From a virus (taxonomy: Duplodnaviria > Caudoviricetes), in the IMG/VR virus record IMGVR_UViG_3300020460_000012: a stretch of 64,000 bases of DNA; one strand, given 5' to 3'. Shown in pieces: positions 1 to 9,795 of this stretch (the first letter of the stretch is position 1; each line of letters begins with the position of its first letter). The notes beneath the pieces were generated by a model, which saw nothing but the letters and a program-made list of their open reading frames with translations, was not told where the DNA came from and did not search any database. The position numbers and the translations under genes were made by a program.

Positions 1-1
1 A

Positions 2-844
2 GTTGTTAAGCCATTGTTGTCGATCAAAATACTCTAAGTTTTCAAGTGTATTTAAGTTTTTATTTGAACATTCCCACGCCATTGAACTAGGACACAAACT
101 AAAAGTAGGTATCCCTTCGCATATACTTTCTGTTAGAGCATTACTATTAAATCCTACTACAGCATATGCATTTTTAAAATCTTCGTATAAGCCTGCGCCG
201 CCTTCTAAGTTTCCAGAGCCGTGCATGTTTTTACTTACAGTAATTCCGCTAGTATCTATCTTCTCAAGTGCTTGTCTTTGTCTATCCATTCTAGCAGGAT
301 GCATTCTAGCTACAATAGGCCTATCAGTATATTTACGTATTTCAGCGATAGTGTTCGCAATGAAATTATCAAATGTTCTATGCTTAGCCATTAAATTTTT
401 TAAGCTACTATCACCAGGTCGTTGCATTGCAAGTAGTATATACTCGCCTCCGCTTTTCCAATCTTTGATATCTATATTTTGGTCTTTTTGAATTTGTTTC
501 CATCTATCATCAGGACAGTTATCATTACAATAATTTCCTTCGTCCCTAAAGTAACTAGTCCAGCTCCATCTATGATAAGCTTTTGGATGTGGCGGAAAAG
601 GCATATTACGTCTAAACACACTACTCTCTACTACGATATATGGTTTACCACTATCTCTTATATGTTCGTATTGGGCTCTAAATTTTCGAAAGAATTTATT
701 TTCTAGTATGTTTGCTTGTACAAATACATCTGCCTTTTCAATAACGCCTTGATTTTCCCAATCAACTACTTTAAAATTTGGCAAGTCAGGAAGAGGGTGC
801 GTTCTATAAGACCCTTTTATTCCTACAACAAATTTATCCAACAT
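2..844 (-). CDS. Partial CDS running off the left edge; capsule polysaccharide biosynthesis (KpsC/KpsS)-like glycosyltransferase
   Basis: Absent from the ORF track. Hand translation from ATG at 844 (overlapping the upstream stop) stays open to the edge: MLDKFVVGIKGSYRTHPLP...LLAMQRPGD...RMHP...VVGFNSNALTESICEGIPTF, resembling the Q..D / K.HP / T.NS..G.EA...G.P pattern of KpsS-like GT-B proteins. Confidence 0.6.
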   Translation of the reverse strand, partial: MLDKFVVGIKGSYRTHPLPDLPNFKVVDWENQGVIEKADVFVQANILENKFFRKFRAQYEHIRDSGKPYIVVESSVFRRNMPFPPHPKAYHRWSWTSYFRDEGNYCNDNCPDDRWKQIQKDQNIDIKDWKSGGEYILLAMQRPGDSSLKNLMAKHRTFDNFIANTIAEIRKYTDRPIVARMHPARMDRQRQALEKIDTSGITVSKNMHGSGNLEGGAGLYEDFKNAYAVVGFNSNALTESICEGIPTFSLCPSSMAWECSNKNLNTLENLEYFDRQQWLNN

Positions 845-1394
845 TATTAAAATATAATCCTCTGTTTTTTACAAATGCTTTTTTACCTTTTTTTCCTAAG
901 TTAAGCGTAGAATTATTACGTAAAAATTTTGTTTTATTTTCGTCTAGCTTAAATCCATTTTCTTCAAAACGTGCAATCCAATAATCTTCTTCTTGTAAAT
1001 TAACATGATGATGACCATTCCATCCTGGAGGTGCATATGTTACCACTGCTGTTTTTGCACATTTGAAAGTATCCATGTAGTTTGCCATATATTGTTCTTC
1101 TACATGCTCTAAAAATTCTACACTCCATGCTACATCATAATCCTCATGTATTACAGGACTTCCTTTAGTATAATCATGTATAACAAAATAATTAGGATCA
1201 AAACGTGTTAAGGTATAATCTCCGTCAACGCCTATAGTACGTAATCCCTTATTTTTAGCCAACTCTACCATTCCACCTGGCCCGCATCCTATGTCAATAA
1301 AACTTTTAATGCCAAGGTTGACTAACCATTGTAAAGCGCCTTCGTCTATGTGTGTTTTTCCTTGGTGTCCTCCAAGATGGGGTTCTAATGTCAT
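834..1394 (-). CDS. Class I SAM-dependent methyltransferase
   Basis: Motif I FIDIGCGPG; downstream VEFLEHVEE. Confidence 0.85.
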   Translation of the reverse strand: MTLEPHLGGHQGKTHIDEGALQWLVNLGIKSFIDIGCGPGGMVELAKNKGLRTIGVDGDYTLTRFDPNYFVIHDYTKGSPVIHEDYDVAWSVEFLEHVEEQYMANYMDTFKCAKTAVVTYAPPGWNGHHHVNLQEEDYWIARFEENGFKLDENKTKFLRNNSTLNLGKKGKKAFVKNRGLYFNNVG

Positions 1395-2032
1395 TACAAA
1401 TACCTTTTCAGTTGATCCGTATACTTCGGATTGTTTTTATGTTTGTCACCTTTAAGTGTAAGAAACACACTTTTAGGATTTGCTTTTCCCATGCATATCC
1501 ATTCTACAGGTGCCGGAGTATATTGGTGTACATCATGCAACTGTAAAAGTATATCTTGATCATGTCCGTATTTCCAAGATCTAGTTGCAGTCTGTAATAA
1601 GTTATTAGCATAATCTTGTCTAAATAGTCCTGTGCCTAATGTAACAAATCCGCATAGCCAAGGGTGTATTGCATTTTTTTTATGATGTTTTAGGACAGTA
1701 ACTTTAGATGTTACATTGATAAACTCTTCTTTAGTAAATTCTCTTGTGCAAATACTATCTGCATCTAATATCATTACATGTTCATTGTTATCAAATTTTT
1801 TAGATGCCACTAAAAATCTTACAGCTTGCAGATATGCTATTGATACATCTACATATTCTTCAGTTGTATAGTCAACATCTTCTAATCGCCAATCCGGGTG
1901 GTATTCATCTGAATTAACAATATGACAATGTAAATTTAGCCATGAATGAGAATTATATTTTTGGATACTTTTTAAAAGATTAAATCCCCATTTACTATAA
2001 TAGTTTTGGTCACATGCTAATAAGATATGCAT
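1394..2032 (-). CDS. GT-A fold glycosyltransferase-like protein
   Basis: N-terminal ILLACDQNY and DxD motif in MILDADSI. Confidence 0.6.
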   Translation of the reverse strand: MHILLACDQNYYSKWGFNLLKSIQKYNSHSWLNLHCHIVNSDEYHPDWRLEDVDYTTEEYVDVSIAYLQAVRFLVASKKFDNNEHVMILDADSICTREFTKEEFINVTSKVTVLKHHKKNAIHPWLCGFVTLGTGLFRQDYANNLLQTATRSWKYGHDQDILLQLHDVHQYTPAPVEWICMGKANPKSVFLTLKGDKHKNNPKYTDQLKRYL

Positions 2033-2033
2033 A

Positions 2034-2816
2034 TTATGAACTCGATATAGAAAATCTTTTAAGGAATTTGTTATGTAATTTTTCTTTACCTTTTCCTTTT
2101 GTATGCACCATAAATTGATTTATACCACTATTGTTAAAAGGACTTTTATTGTTAATAGGATTAGGATTTAAATTTTTAAAGCCGCCAAATCCGCCTGCTT
2201 CGAACTGTAATCTTAGTTGGAAAAATATCCAACTGTCATGTGTTTCTCTAAGTTGATCTAAATTATTTCCTTCGTAATATTCTTCAAATGCAAGTAAAAA
2301 GTTTTTAGCCAATGGTGTACGTAAATTATATCCCATTAGTCCACATTCATCATAAGATGTTTTAGTATTACTAGGACGACCTAAATATGATATACAAGAT
2401 TTTGTAGGAAATAATTCTGCAAGCCATTGCATAGTTATATTAGTATGCATTAAGACATCTGCGTCTAGCCAAATAAGATAGTTTGTTTTACATACTTTTG
2501 ATTCTTCAAATATAGGAAAAGTTTTATGAGCAAACTTAATTGCGTTCCATTTAAATTTCTTTGTTTCTTTTACAGGCGCATCACCGTTATAATGGGGATT
2601 GTGTTTGTGTCTATTTTTAAACTCTACAAGTTTAGGACAAGTTGAATACAAATCTTTTAACACTATCCTATCTTGCATATATCCTAAATCTATTTTATCT
2701 TCTGAATATATTACAATCTTTACTTCAGGAGGTAAAAATTGATGCCAGCTTTGAATATTAATTTTGGATGTTTCGTCCCAGTACTTCTGGTTAAGACTTG
2801 TAACAATAGTATACAT
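2034..2816 (-). CDS. GT-A fold glycosyltransferase-like protein
   Basis: KFAHKTF...YLIWLDADV (DxD), YLGR and HDSWIF motifs. Confidence 0.65.
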   Translation of the reverse strand: MYTIVTSLNQKYWDETSKINIQSWHQFLPPEVKIVIYSEDKIDLGYMQDRIVLKDLYSTCPKLVEFKNRHKHNPHYNGDAPVKETKKFKWNAIKFAHKTFPIFEESKVCKTNYLIWLDADVLMHTNITMQWLAELFPTKSCISYLGRPSNTKTSYDECGLMGYNLRTPLAKNFLLAFEEYYEGNNLDQLRETHDSWIFFQLRLQFEAGGFGGFKNLNPNPINNKSPFNNSGINQFMVHTKGKGKEKLHNKFLKRFSISSS

Positions 2817-2853
2817 TTGTCCTCCTGCTATATGTAATTATTAATTATAACTC

Positions 2854-3507
2854 TTACACGACACCAATCACGGCATTTTTTTCGCCTCTGCCTAGCTTTT
2901 TTAACATTTTGTATCCTAGAGGAGTCAATATTTCTAACAATGAATCTCTTTCAAATCCATAACGTTGCGGATGGTTTTTGCGTTCATATAGAATAATAGG
3001 TTTATATTTTTCGATAGTTTTTAGAGAGCCTTTTGCTATTAACGGCTCAAACCCCTCAGCATCAATCTTAATAAAATCAATATCAGTAATATTTAATTGG
3101 TCAAGCGATTTTATTTTGTAACTACCTATAGAATTGTGTATAACATGTGTGCTAAATGTTTTAGCTGTCTTTTTTAAATCTACACTTCTTTCAGTATCAC
3201 CTATCCCAAAATTATGTAAATTTACATTTGAAGTTTTGCTTTGCATGTTTTGTTTCAAACATTCAAATACGTCTGTATCTATTTCAAAACTATGCACAGA
3301 TTTAAATTTTTTACTTAGTTGAAAAGAAATTATACCTATATGGGCGCCAATGTCTATTGCAGTCCTAAATTGCGTACAATATGCTAAGGCGTCATTTAAT
3401 TCTTTGGATTGATAATTATCTATATGATCAGATTGGCGTTTAGCTGACTTTACACTTATGTCGTAATCTAATGTAATCCATCCATGATAATTCTTATAGG
3501 CTGGCAT
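2854..3507 (-). CDS. FkbM-family methyltransferase
   Basis: AIDIGAHIG, VHSFE, FIKIDAEGFE motifs. Confidence 0.9.
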   Translation of the reverse strand: MPAYKNYHGWITLDYDISVKSAKRQSDHIDNYQSKELNDALAYCTQFRTAIDIGAHIGIISFQLSKKFKSVHSFEIDTDVFECLKQNMQSKTSNVNLHNFGIGDTERSVDLKKTAKTFSTHVIHNSIGSYKIKSLDQLNITDIDFIKIDAEGFEPLIAKGSLKTIEKYKPIILYERKNHPQRYGFERDSLLEILTPLGYKMLKKLGRGEKNAVIGVV

Positions 3508-3949
3508 CTTCCATGCCTGCTACTCTTAGTTTTACAACGTTTGTTATCTGCCATTGCTTTTGATCAAGACCTTTAAGTAATCCTAGCCACTTGTTGCGTA
3601 TAAGAGCAAATTCATTTATAATTTTTTCGTAGTCAACAACGTCTGTCTCGCCGTCGACGTACTTTTCTACATCGCGACTTGACAGAGCTCGTTGATAATT
3701 TTCAAGATATTTCTTAAAATAAGAACTACGCAGTCTACGAAGTTCAATATTTAAATAGTTGAGGATAGCTTCAATTTCTTGTAGCTGATTAAAACGCTGT
3801 TCTACGATGCCAGGCATTTCTGCCGCAGACTTTTCTACATTACCTTTAAGTTTTACTTCTTGCCTAGCATTGATAAGCTCTTGCTCAAAATATGCGACAG
3901 CATCGGTAATTTTACTTATGTCTCGAGATACTTCGCTATACCAGCCCAT
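3494..3949 (-). CDS. uvsY: Recombination mediator UvsY-like
   Basis: 151 aa helical protein with YLENYQRALSSRDVEKYVDGE and KGLDQKQWQI, two genes downstream of uvsX. Confidence 0.75.
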   Translation of the reverse strand: MGWYSEVSRDISKITDAVAYFEQELINARQEVKLKGNVEKSAAEMPGIVEQRFNQLQEIEAILNYLNIELRRLRSSYFKKYLENYQRALSSRDVEKYVDGETDVVDYEKIINEFALIRNKWLGLLKGLDQKQWQITNVVKLRVAGMEDASL

Positions 3950-4179
3950 TAATAATCCTCGTCGTAGTCGTCCTCATCGTAATCATCGTCTGAATCTAGA
4001 TAATAGTTAATTGCATAATCTAAAGAGCTACTTGATCCTAGTGCCGCCATAAGTGTTTCATCTGAAACACCATAATCCGCAAGCATGTCTACAAACTTTT
4101 CGGCAACTACCTCTGTTTGTTTTTTATCAATGTATTCTTTAAATAGACTCCAAGTGTCAACTATCTGTTCCTCAGTCAT
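3949..4179 (-). CDS. Hypothetical acidic protein
   Basis: 76 aa, overlaps both neighbours (translational coupling), D/E-rich C-terminus. Confidence 0.7.
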   Translation of the reverse strand: MTEEQIVDTWSLFKEYIDKKQTEVVAEKFVDMLADYGVSDETLMAALGSSSSLDYAINYYLDSDDDYDEDDYDEDY

Positions 4180-5257
4180 TAATGGTATTCTCCTCGATAT
4201 CGTTATCGGTTTCTTCAGTAACCTCAGCGGTATTTACCTCGTTGGCTTCTTTTTTGGCGAAATCCGACATTACGGTATCGAGGATCGGACCAGTCCAATT
4301 CTTACGATATTCTAATAGTTCTTCACCTTCACTAGTAGTATATTTTAGTCGATTACCTTGCTTTTCAATTAAACCTTTCTTTTCAAAAAGTTCAACAAGG
4401 CCACTATAAGGATTCATGCCAGTTTCGTATGGAATCTTTACTTGTACACCTTCAAAAGGTTTGGCATAACGTGTTTTCATAACTTTACAGCCTGCACGTA
4501 TACCTCTTACATCTGAGATTTTGTTTCCAGATTCATCTTCTTTTAGTTTAAGTTTTTTCATTGCTACAACAATTGAAGATGCGTAAATAAATCCTTGTCC
4601 ACCGCTAATTTTATCATCAGGATCAAACATGTCCTGCGATGCATATGTATGATTAGTACATACTAGTCCTACATTATGTGAACCTATCATATTAACAGTA
4701 TTTCTAACAAGTGCAGTAAGTGCTTTAGGTTTCCTACCCATATCACCTTTCATATCACCCTTGTTAAATTGATCAACATCAGTAGGTGTTAGTAACATAC
4801 CTAATGAGTCAATAACAAAAAGTACTTTTGGACGATCATCTTCGTCCATTGCTTTATAATCAGACATAAATGTGCTGATTGTTTTTGCTACATCGTCAAT
4901 CATTGACATATTTAATTTAAGCAATTTATCTTCGCTTGTGTCAACATCTAACGCCTGTAACCACGATTCGTCAAGAGCATTTTCTGAGTCAATTAATACT
5001 ACAAAAATACCTTGATCTTGGGCATGTTTTACAATATTGCCTGCACAGAAATAACTTTTTCCTGCACCGGACTCGCCTGCAAATACTGTAACTTTTCCCA
5101 TAGGAACTCCTTTGTGGAAGTCTCCTGAGATAAGATAATTAAGTGCAAAAGATCCTGTACTAATCCAATCTGTTGGATCATTAAATCCTGCACTCATACC
5201 TTGAATAGACTTAGTTAAGTCCTTACGGAACTTACTTACATCAAATGATTTAGCCAT
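4172..5257 (-). CDS. uvsX: RecA-like recombinase UvsX
   Basis: Walker A AGESGAGKS, Walker B VIDSLG, KISGGQGFIYASS. Confidence 0.95.
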   Translation of the reverse strand: MAKSFDVSKFRKDLTKSIQGMSAGFNDPTDWISTGSFALNYLISGDFHKGVPMGKVTVFAGESGAGKSYFCAGNIVKHAQDQGIFVVLIDSENALDESWLQALDVDTSEDKLLKLNMSMIDDVAKTISTFMSDYKAMDEDDRPKVLFVIDSLGMLLTPTDVDQFNKGDMKGDMGRKPKALTALVRNTVNMIGSHNVGLVCTNHTYASQDMFDPDDKISGGQGFIYASSIVVAMKKLKLKEDESGNKISDVRGIRAGCKVMKTRYAKPFEGVQVKIPYETGMNPYSGLVELFEKKGLIEKQGNRLKYTTSEGEELLEYRKNWTGPILDTVMSDFAKKEANEVNTAEVTEETDNDIEENTIND

Positions 5258-5280
5258 AATTTCTCCTAGTTAAGAATAAT

Positions 5281-5300
5281 GTGGGGGATTTCTCCCCCAC
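5281..5300 (-). terminator. Stem-loop between gp32 and uvsX (weak terminator or processing hairpin)
   Basis: Perfect 8-bp inverted repeat GTGGGGGA-TTTC-TCCCCCAC; only a weak U-tract on the minus strand. Confidence 0.55.
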
Positions 5301-5306
5301 TCTATT

Positions 5307-6296
5307 TTATTGTGCTTGACGCTGTCTAATCATTGCAAGAATGTCAGAAGCTTTGTTATCACCAGTGTCGCCTGCAGGAGTAGATGTAGCAGTTTCAGCT
5401 ACAGGTGTAGCAGTTTCAGCTACAGGTGCTGCCTCTTGTGCTGGCGCACTTTGGCTTGTTGCAGTTGCATTGGGTGATGCCGCTACTGTTGGATCACCAG
5501 TTCTAGCCGCCATTCCGCTTGGACGGAAATAGTTGCTCCAACGATCTGGATCATATGCTTCGCCATCGACAGATGCTTCAAACATCTCTTTCATAACCTT
5601 TACGGCTGTTTCGTCTGGCTTCTTAGGAAGGAAGTCTGTAAAGTTAAACAGACCATGTGTGTTAACTGCATTCATTTCAGCATCAGTTAACGGACGCTCT
5701 CTACGAGCCCAGTTAGATGTTGAATAGTCTGCATACCCGCCTTTACTAGTTTTATTAAGACGGAAGTCTACACCAGCAGTATAATCTGTTGGTAATTCCT
5801 CCATGTCTGGATCCATTAAAGCCGCTTTAATAATTTGGAAAATTTGTGGACCAATAATAAAACGTCTAATTGGATTTTCTGGAGTCTTATCATCACTGAG
5901 TGGATTCTCAGTAACAAAGCCTTGGAAGATATAAGAACGCTTCTTCCAATATTTACGACCCATATCTTCAAGACTTGGATCTTTAAACCAACCACGTACT
6001 TCGTTCAAGATATCGCAAGTTTCTCCATACATCTCCATGCATGGTACTTGTACTTGTACTGGACGTGAATCAGTTTCACCTTTAACACCTGCGAACGGAA
6101 GTTTAATCATTAAACGTTCTGCCCAGAAGAAAGTGTTATCTTCATTCCCATCAGGAAGGAATCTGAAAGTACAACTTTCACCTTCTTTGATATTCCAAAA
6201 TGGGTAAATTGCGTTGTCGCCGCCGCTGTTAGAGTTGCCACCTTGGCGTGACTCTTGTTCTTTGAGCTTTGCTCGGATCTCTGCTAATGTTGCCAT
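5307..6296 (-). CDS. gp32: Single-stranded DNA-binding protein gp32
   Basis: IRFLP-type motif (TFRFLPDG), GRKYWKKRSY, DFRLNKTSKGGYADYSTS, A/T/P-rich tail; adjacent to uvsX. Confidence 0.9.
   Translation of the reverse strand: MATLAEIRAKLKEQESRQGGNSNSGGDNAIYPFWNIKEGESCTFRFLPDGNEDNTFFWAERLMIKLPFAGVKGETDSRPVQVQVPCMEMYGETCDILNEVRGWFKDPSLEDMGRKYWKKRSYIFQGFVTENPLSDDKTPENPIRRFIIGPQIFQIIKAALMDPDMEELPTDYTAGVDFRLNKTSKGGYADYSTSNWARRERPLTDAEMNAVNTHGLFNFTDFLPKKPDETAVKVMKEMFEASVDGEAYDPDRWSNYFRPSGMAARTGDPTVAASPNATATSQSAPAQEAAPVAETATPVAETATSTPAGDTGDNKASDILAMIRQRQAQ
5385..5426. repeat. Perfect 21-bp tandem duplication in the gp32 tail
   Basis: TGTAGCAGTTTCAGCTACAGG twice; encodes PVAETAT twice. Confidence 0.95.
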
Positions 6297-6362
6297 AGTT
6301 TGTGCCTCCTTAAATTGCCTATGCTATGTTGTATTTGCCTAAATGTGCAATACATACTATGT

Positions 6363-6391
6363 ATAATACACTCTTATATTTAGCCTGTCAA
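6363..6391 (-). promoter_or_regulatory. Sigma70-type promoter for gp32 with an embedded late-promoter-like motif
   Basis: Minus strand TTGACA-GGCTAAATATAAGAGTG(17)-TATTAT; CTAAATA lies inside the spacer. Confidence 0.75.
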
Positions 6392-6435
6392 GCGTTTTTT
6401 TGATTTATTTTTGGAGACTTGTAAAAGTTAGCTGA

Positions 6436-8178
6436 TTATCTTAAACCAGCTAACTCACGCATTCTATCAAATTCTGGCTCAGCTTCCATCTTCTGTGGAT
6501 TAGCTTTCATTTGGTACTCTTCGTAGGTTGCGTTGATTTGTTCAATAAATGCCTTTGCAGGTTCTATGAACTGCTCTCCGTAATCCTTTTCTACCATTGT
6601 AAGGACTGCGGTCTCGCCTTTTGGAAACTCGCCTGTCTCTCTATCATAATAGCTTAAAATGAATTCGCCTAGTGGAGTTTTATCCTTCTCGTCAGCCTTA
6701 GACATAGTACCGTCTTTGTCGATTTTTACTGCCATAGTATCATCTTCTTGGTGATCGTCGCTGTGTTTCATAATTAGTTTAGCATTTACTTCTATATCAT
6801 CTGAACCTGTAATTTTTTCAAGCTCTTCCATACAAGCCTTTGTAATAGGCATTTCGTCGATATGGTCGCTGATGTATGCCCCTGGATCATCCTCAAATTT
6901 CTCTTCACCATACTTTTCATCCATTTTAGCACGTTCATTTGTTTCAATAAAATCTGTAGGAATGCCACTACTCGTTGCATACTTAACATAACCATCTGGT
7001 AGTGAGTCACCGTTACTGCCAATGTATCCATCATACTTGTCAGCCCAGGCTTTAATTTTATCTCCCATATCGTCTTCGCTAAACTGCCCCATCATTCTTT
7101 CAAAGCCTTGCTCTATCTCAATATCTTCTTTAGCCTTTTTCTTTTTGTTTGCTTTTCTATGAGCAGGTGTGCAACCATCTTCGGCTACTAAATCATCAGG
7201 TCCTAATTCTTTTGCTTTGGTAACTTCACTTACTAGTTTAAACACATAAGGAAAAATGTCTTTCAATTCTTCGTTAAACTGTTTGATAGTAAGTTGATCA
7301 ATCCAATTTTCAGCTACGTCAGCAGGAACATCTTCCATTACGGCAGGAGTAAATGCATCAAATGTTTCTTTGTAGTACGCCTTTTTTTGTAAATTACTTA
7401 TTGTTTTTCTAACTGTAACAATTCGATCATTAACAGCATCAGTATAGTCGGAAAGTCCTTCTGCCATTACACTTGATCTATTCATATAGTTTTTAAATTT
7501 TCTAAGTTTTGCCATTTCTTCTGAAAGGCTTACGATATGTTTTCCAAAGTCGTCATATGCATTTCCACCTTCTGCAACATGACGAGCCATTGCTCTTGCT
7601 CCGTTGAGGTGCTTGTATGGATATTTAAAGCGTTCCCCTTCAGAACTTTCAATGTAAATTGATCCTATATGTCTTATACGTCCTGATACTTTTTCATCAT
7701 TAACACTTTCTGTGTGTTTTAGTACTAATCTTGCACCATCTACGTCTTGGTAACTTATTCTGGAAGTACCGTAGAGTTTTGATTCTGCCATTGTTTCATC
7801 TCCGACTTTGTTTGACAAAAATTGATAATCTCTTTTGTTCAAATTTGTTTTTGTTATATCCCTTATGCTAAATTCTAACATACGTTTTTTTGCAAATAGT
7901 CTTAACTCTTTTAAAAACCCATACCAATTATCTTTTGTCATGGAATCTTCTTTGGATATAAAATCCTTAGAGTAAATCACTGTCATGCCTTCATCTTCAG
8001 TTATATTTACACTTACATTGCCTAAAACTTTGCCTGCTTCTTTATATTCAAAATCAAAAAAGCGAGCCTGTGAAGGTTCGTTTATAACTTCTCCTGCTTC
8101 ATTACCAATAGTAATACTAGGAAAACGTCCTCGTATTTTGTTAAAAAGATCTTCGCCTATTTTATCAAATTCTTGCAT
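6436..8178 (-). CDS. Hypothetical 580-aa protein, probable head-internal/prohead core protein
   Basis: Long ORF after terminase, own GATAAATA motif, acidic C-terminal half, ends RMRELAGLR like the scaffold end DIKRLAGLN. Confidence 0.5.
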   Translation of the reverse strand: MQEFDKIGEDLFNKIRGRFPSITIGNEAGEVINEPSQARFFDFEYKEAGKVLGNVSVNITEDEGMTVIYSKDFISKEDSMTKDNWYGFLKELRLFAKKRMLEFSIRDITKTNLNKRDYQFLSNKVGDETMAESKLYGTSRISYQDVDGARLVLKHTESVNDEKVSGRIRHIGSIYIESSEGERFKYPYKHLNGARAMARHVAEGGNAYDDFGKHIVSLSEEMAKLRKFKNYMNRSSVMAEGLSDYTDAVNDRIVTVRKTISNLQKKAYYKETFDAFTPAVMEDVPADVAENWIDQLTIKQFNEELKDIFPYVFKLVSEVTKAKELGPDDLVAEDGCTPAHRKANKKKKAKEDIEIEQGFERMMGQFSEDDMGDKIKAWADKYDGYIGSNGDSLPDGYVKYATSSGIPTDFIETNERAKMDEKYGEEKFEDDPGAYISDHIDEMPITKACMEELEKITGSDDIEVNAKLIMKHSDDHQEDDTMAVKIDKDGTMSKADEKDKTPLGEFILSYYDRETGEFPKGETAVLTMVEKDYGEQFIEPAKAFIEQINATYEEYQMKANPQKMEAEPEFDRMRELAGLR

Positions 8179-8188
8179 ATTGTATTTA

Positions 8189-9769
8189 TCAATAGTTACT
8201 ACTTATAAAGATTGGCATTGGAGGATCATAATCTGTAATTTCTTCAGCTTGTGTAAACGTATTGTATATTCTTGGATCCCAATCCTTTAAAACTGCCATC
8301 ATTCTTATAGCTAATAGTGCCGCACTTATTAAATCATCGGTTTGTCCTAGTTTAGCTTGGTAACTGCTTCCTGTGGCTACATAATTTTTAAGTTCGGAAA
8401 TGAAAGGTTTGCTGTGTATAATCATCTTTTCATTTTCCACCATAGTTTTTAATCTGCTACATGCTGTTATTTTTGTACTATGTGTTGTGTTGAATCCTTT
8501 ACGGAATTTTCTTACATGCCCTTTACGTATAGGTTCACTTACAAATAATCCAGGAATGTTTTCTTCTCCAAAGTCATTGATTACAATTAGTGCCGCTTCG
8601 CCTATGCCATTATTTTCAACACTCCAATATAGTCCGGTATCTGAATCAGTTTCTTTTACTATATAACTGCAAATATCTGCTAATACTCTTATTTGTCCAG
8701 GAATTGCTGTTGTATTATGTTGCCATTCTGCTACCTGTTCATAACTAGGTAATTCAAAAACTTGTATAGCCGCGTTGTCTCCTCCTGTGCCCATGCTAGG
8801 GTCAAGAGCTACAGCATATGTAAATTCAGAGGAAGGTTTTTTATACCATCTTGTTTGCCCCATGTTTACTAAAGGTTGATGTCCTTCCATTTCTCCAAGT
8901 ATCAATGAATTAATGAGTGTTTCGTCAAAAACCAAAAATTCACAATCATACTCTCTTCTAAATCTTTCTTCGCCAATACGCCCAAGTTCATCTTGTTTCC
9001 ATTTTTCATCTCTATCTGGATGTTCTTCCCAGTAGCTACGAAAACTATGAAATCCGTTTATGCCTAATTCCTGTTCATTGCCGTGTTCATCAAATTTATC
9101 TTCTGCTTGTTTCCAAATTGTTGCAAAGGTATCTTCATCTGAATTAGGGGTACTAGTAAGTATTGCCCTACCACCAGTTGCTAGTGTTGGCGATATAGAA
9201 GTCCAAAAGTCGGTTGCTATGTTAGGTTGTACAAATGCAAACTCATCACAATACAATAAGGAAATACTCATACCACGTCCTGTATTGCCTGTGGTAGTAG
9301 CACTAACTATACGTGATCCATTTTCAAATTCAATACTGCCTTTATTATAATTTATAACACCGGCTCTTACATGATCTGCACACAATTCATATCCGTAGCG
9401 TATTCGTTGCATAATTTCTTGTGCGCCTGTGTGCTTATGAGCGGCAATAAGTATAGTTTGATCCGCATTAAACATAGCATACCATAACAAATATATAGCG
9501 GCACACGTAGTTTTACCTGTTTGTCTAGGTAACATATTAATATTAAATCTATGATCGTGATAACTTTGTAGCAGACGTTCTTGATATTCAAATGGTTTAA
9601 ATAATAATTTGCCTTGCGTAGGATGCTGAATGTACGCAAAGTTACGTGCAAAGTAGTCATAGCCAGTTTTTTCGTCCATGCATTTAGCAAGGTCTTGTAT
9701 CTGTTCTTCAGTAAACGTTTCTTTTTTATTGGCTTTTTTTGTTAAAACACCATCTAAGCTTTTAGCCAT
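8189..9769 (-). CDS. gp17: Terminase large subunit
   Basis: PRQTGKTT Walker A, LYCDEFAFV Walker B, ALDPSMG and DDLISA nuclease motifs. Confidence 0.95.
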   Translation of the reverse strand: MAKSLDGVLTKKANKKETFTEEQIQDLAKCMDEKTGYDYFARNFAYIQHPTQGKLLFKPFEYQERLLQSYHDHRFNINMLPRQTGKTTCAAIYLLWYAMFNADQTILIAAHKHTGAQEIMQRIRYGYELCADHVRAGVINYNKGSIEFENGSRIVSATTTGNTGRGMSISLLYCDEFAFVQPNIATDFWTSISPTLATGGRAILTSTPNSDEDTFATIWKQAEDKFDEHGNEQELGINGFHSFRSYWEEHPDRDEKWKQDELGRIGEERFRREYDCEFLVFDETLINSLILGEMEGHQPLVNMGQTRWYKKPSSEFTYAVALDPSMGTGGDNAAIQVFELPSYEQVAEWQHNTTAIPGQIRVLADICSYIVKETDSDTGLYWSVENNGIGEAALIVINDFGEENIPGLFVSEPIRKGHVRKFRKGFNTTHSTKITACSRLKTMVENEKMIIHSKPFISELKNYVATGSSYQAKLGQTDDLISAALLAIRMMAVLKDWDPRIYNTFTQAEEITDYDPPMPIFISSNY

Positions 9770-9795
9770 TACTATATCCTTGTTTGTATACTTAC

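Noticed and set aside
3-984. Plus-strand ORFs 3-491, 479-706 and 778-984
   Set aside because: Shadows of the real minus-strand CDS 2-844 and the methyltransferase; no motifs or RBS
5385-5426. 21-bp tandem repeat as a contingency locus
   Set aside because: In-frame two-copy duplication in a flexible linker; no phase-variation effect expected
8189-9769. Intein or intron in terminase (also checked uvsX and gp23)
   Set aside because: Lengths are typical, motifs are contiguous, and no splicing motifs were seen
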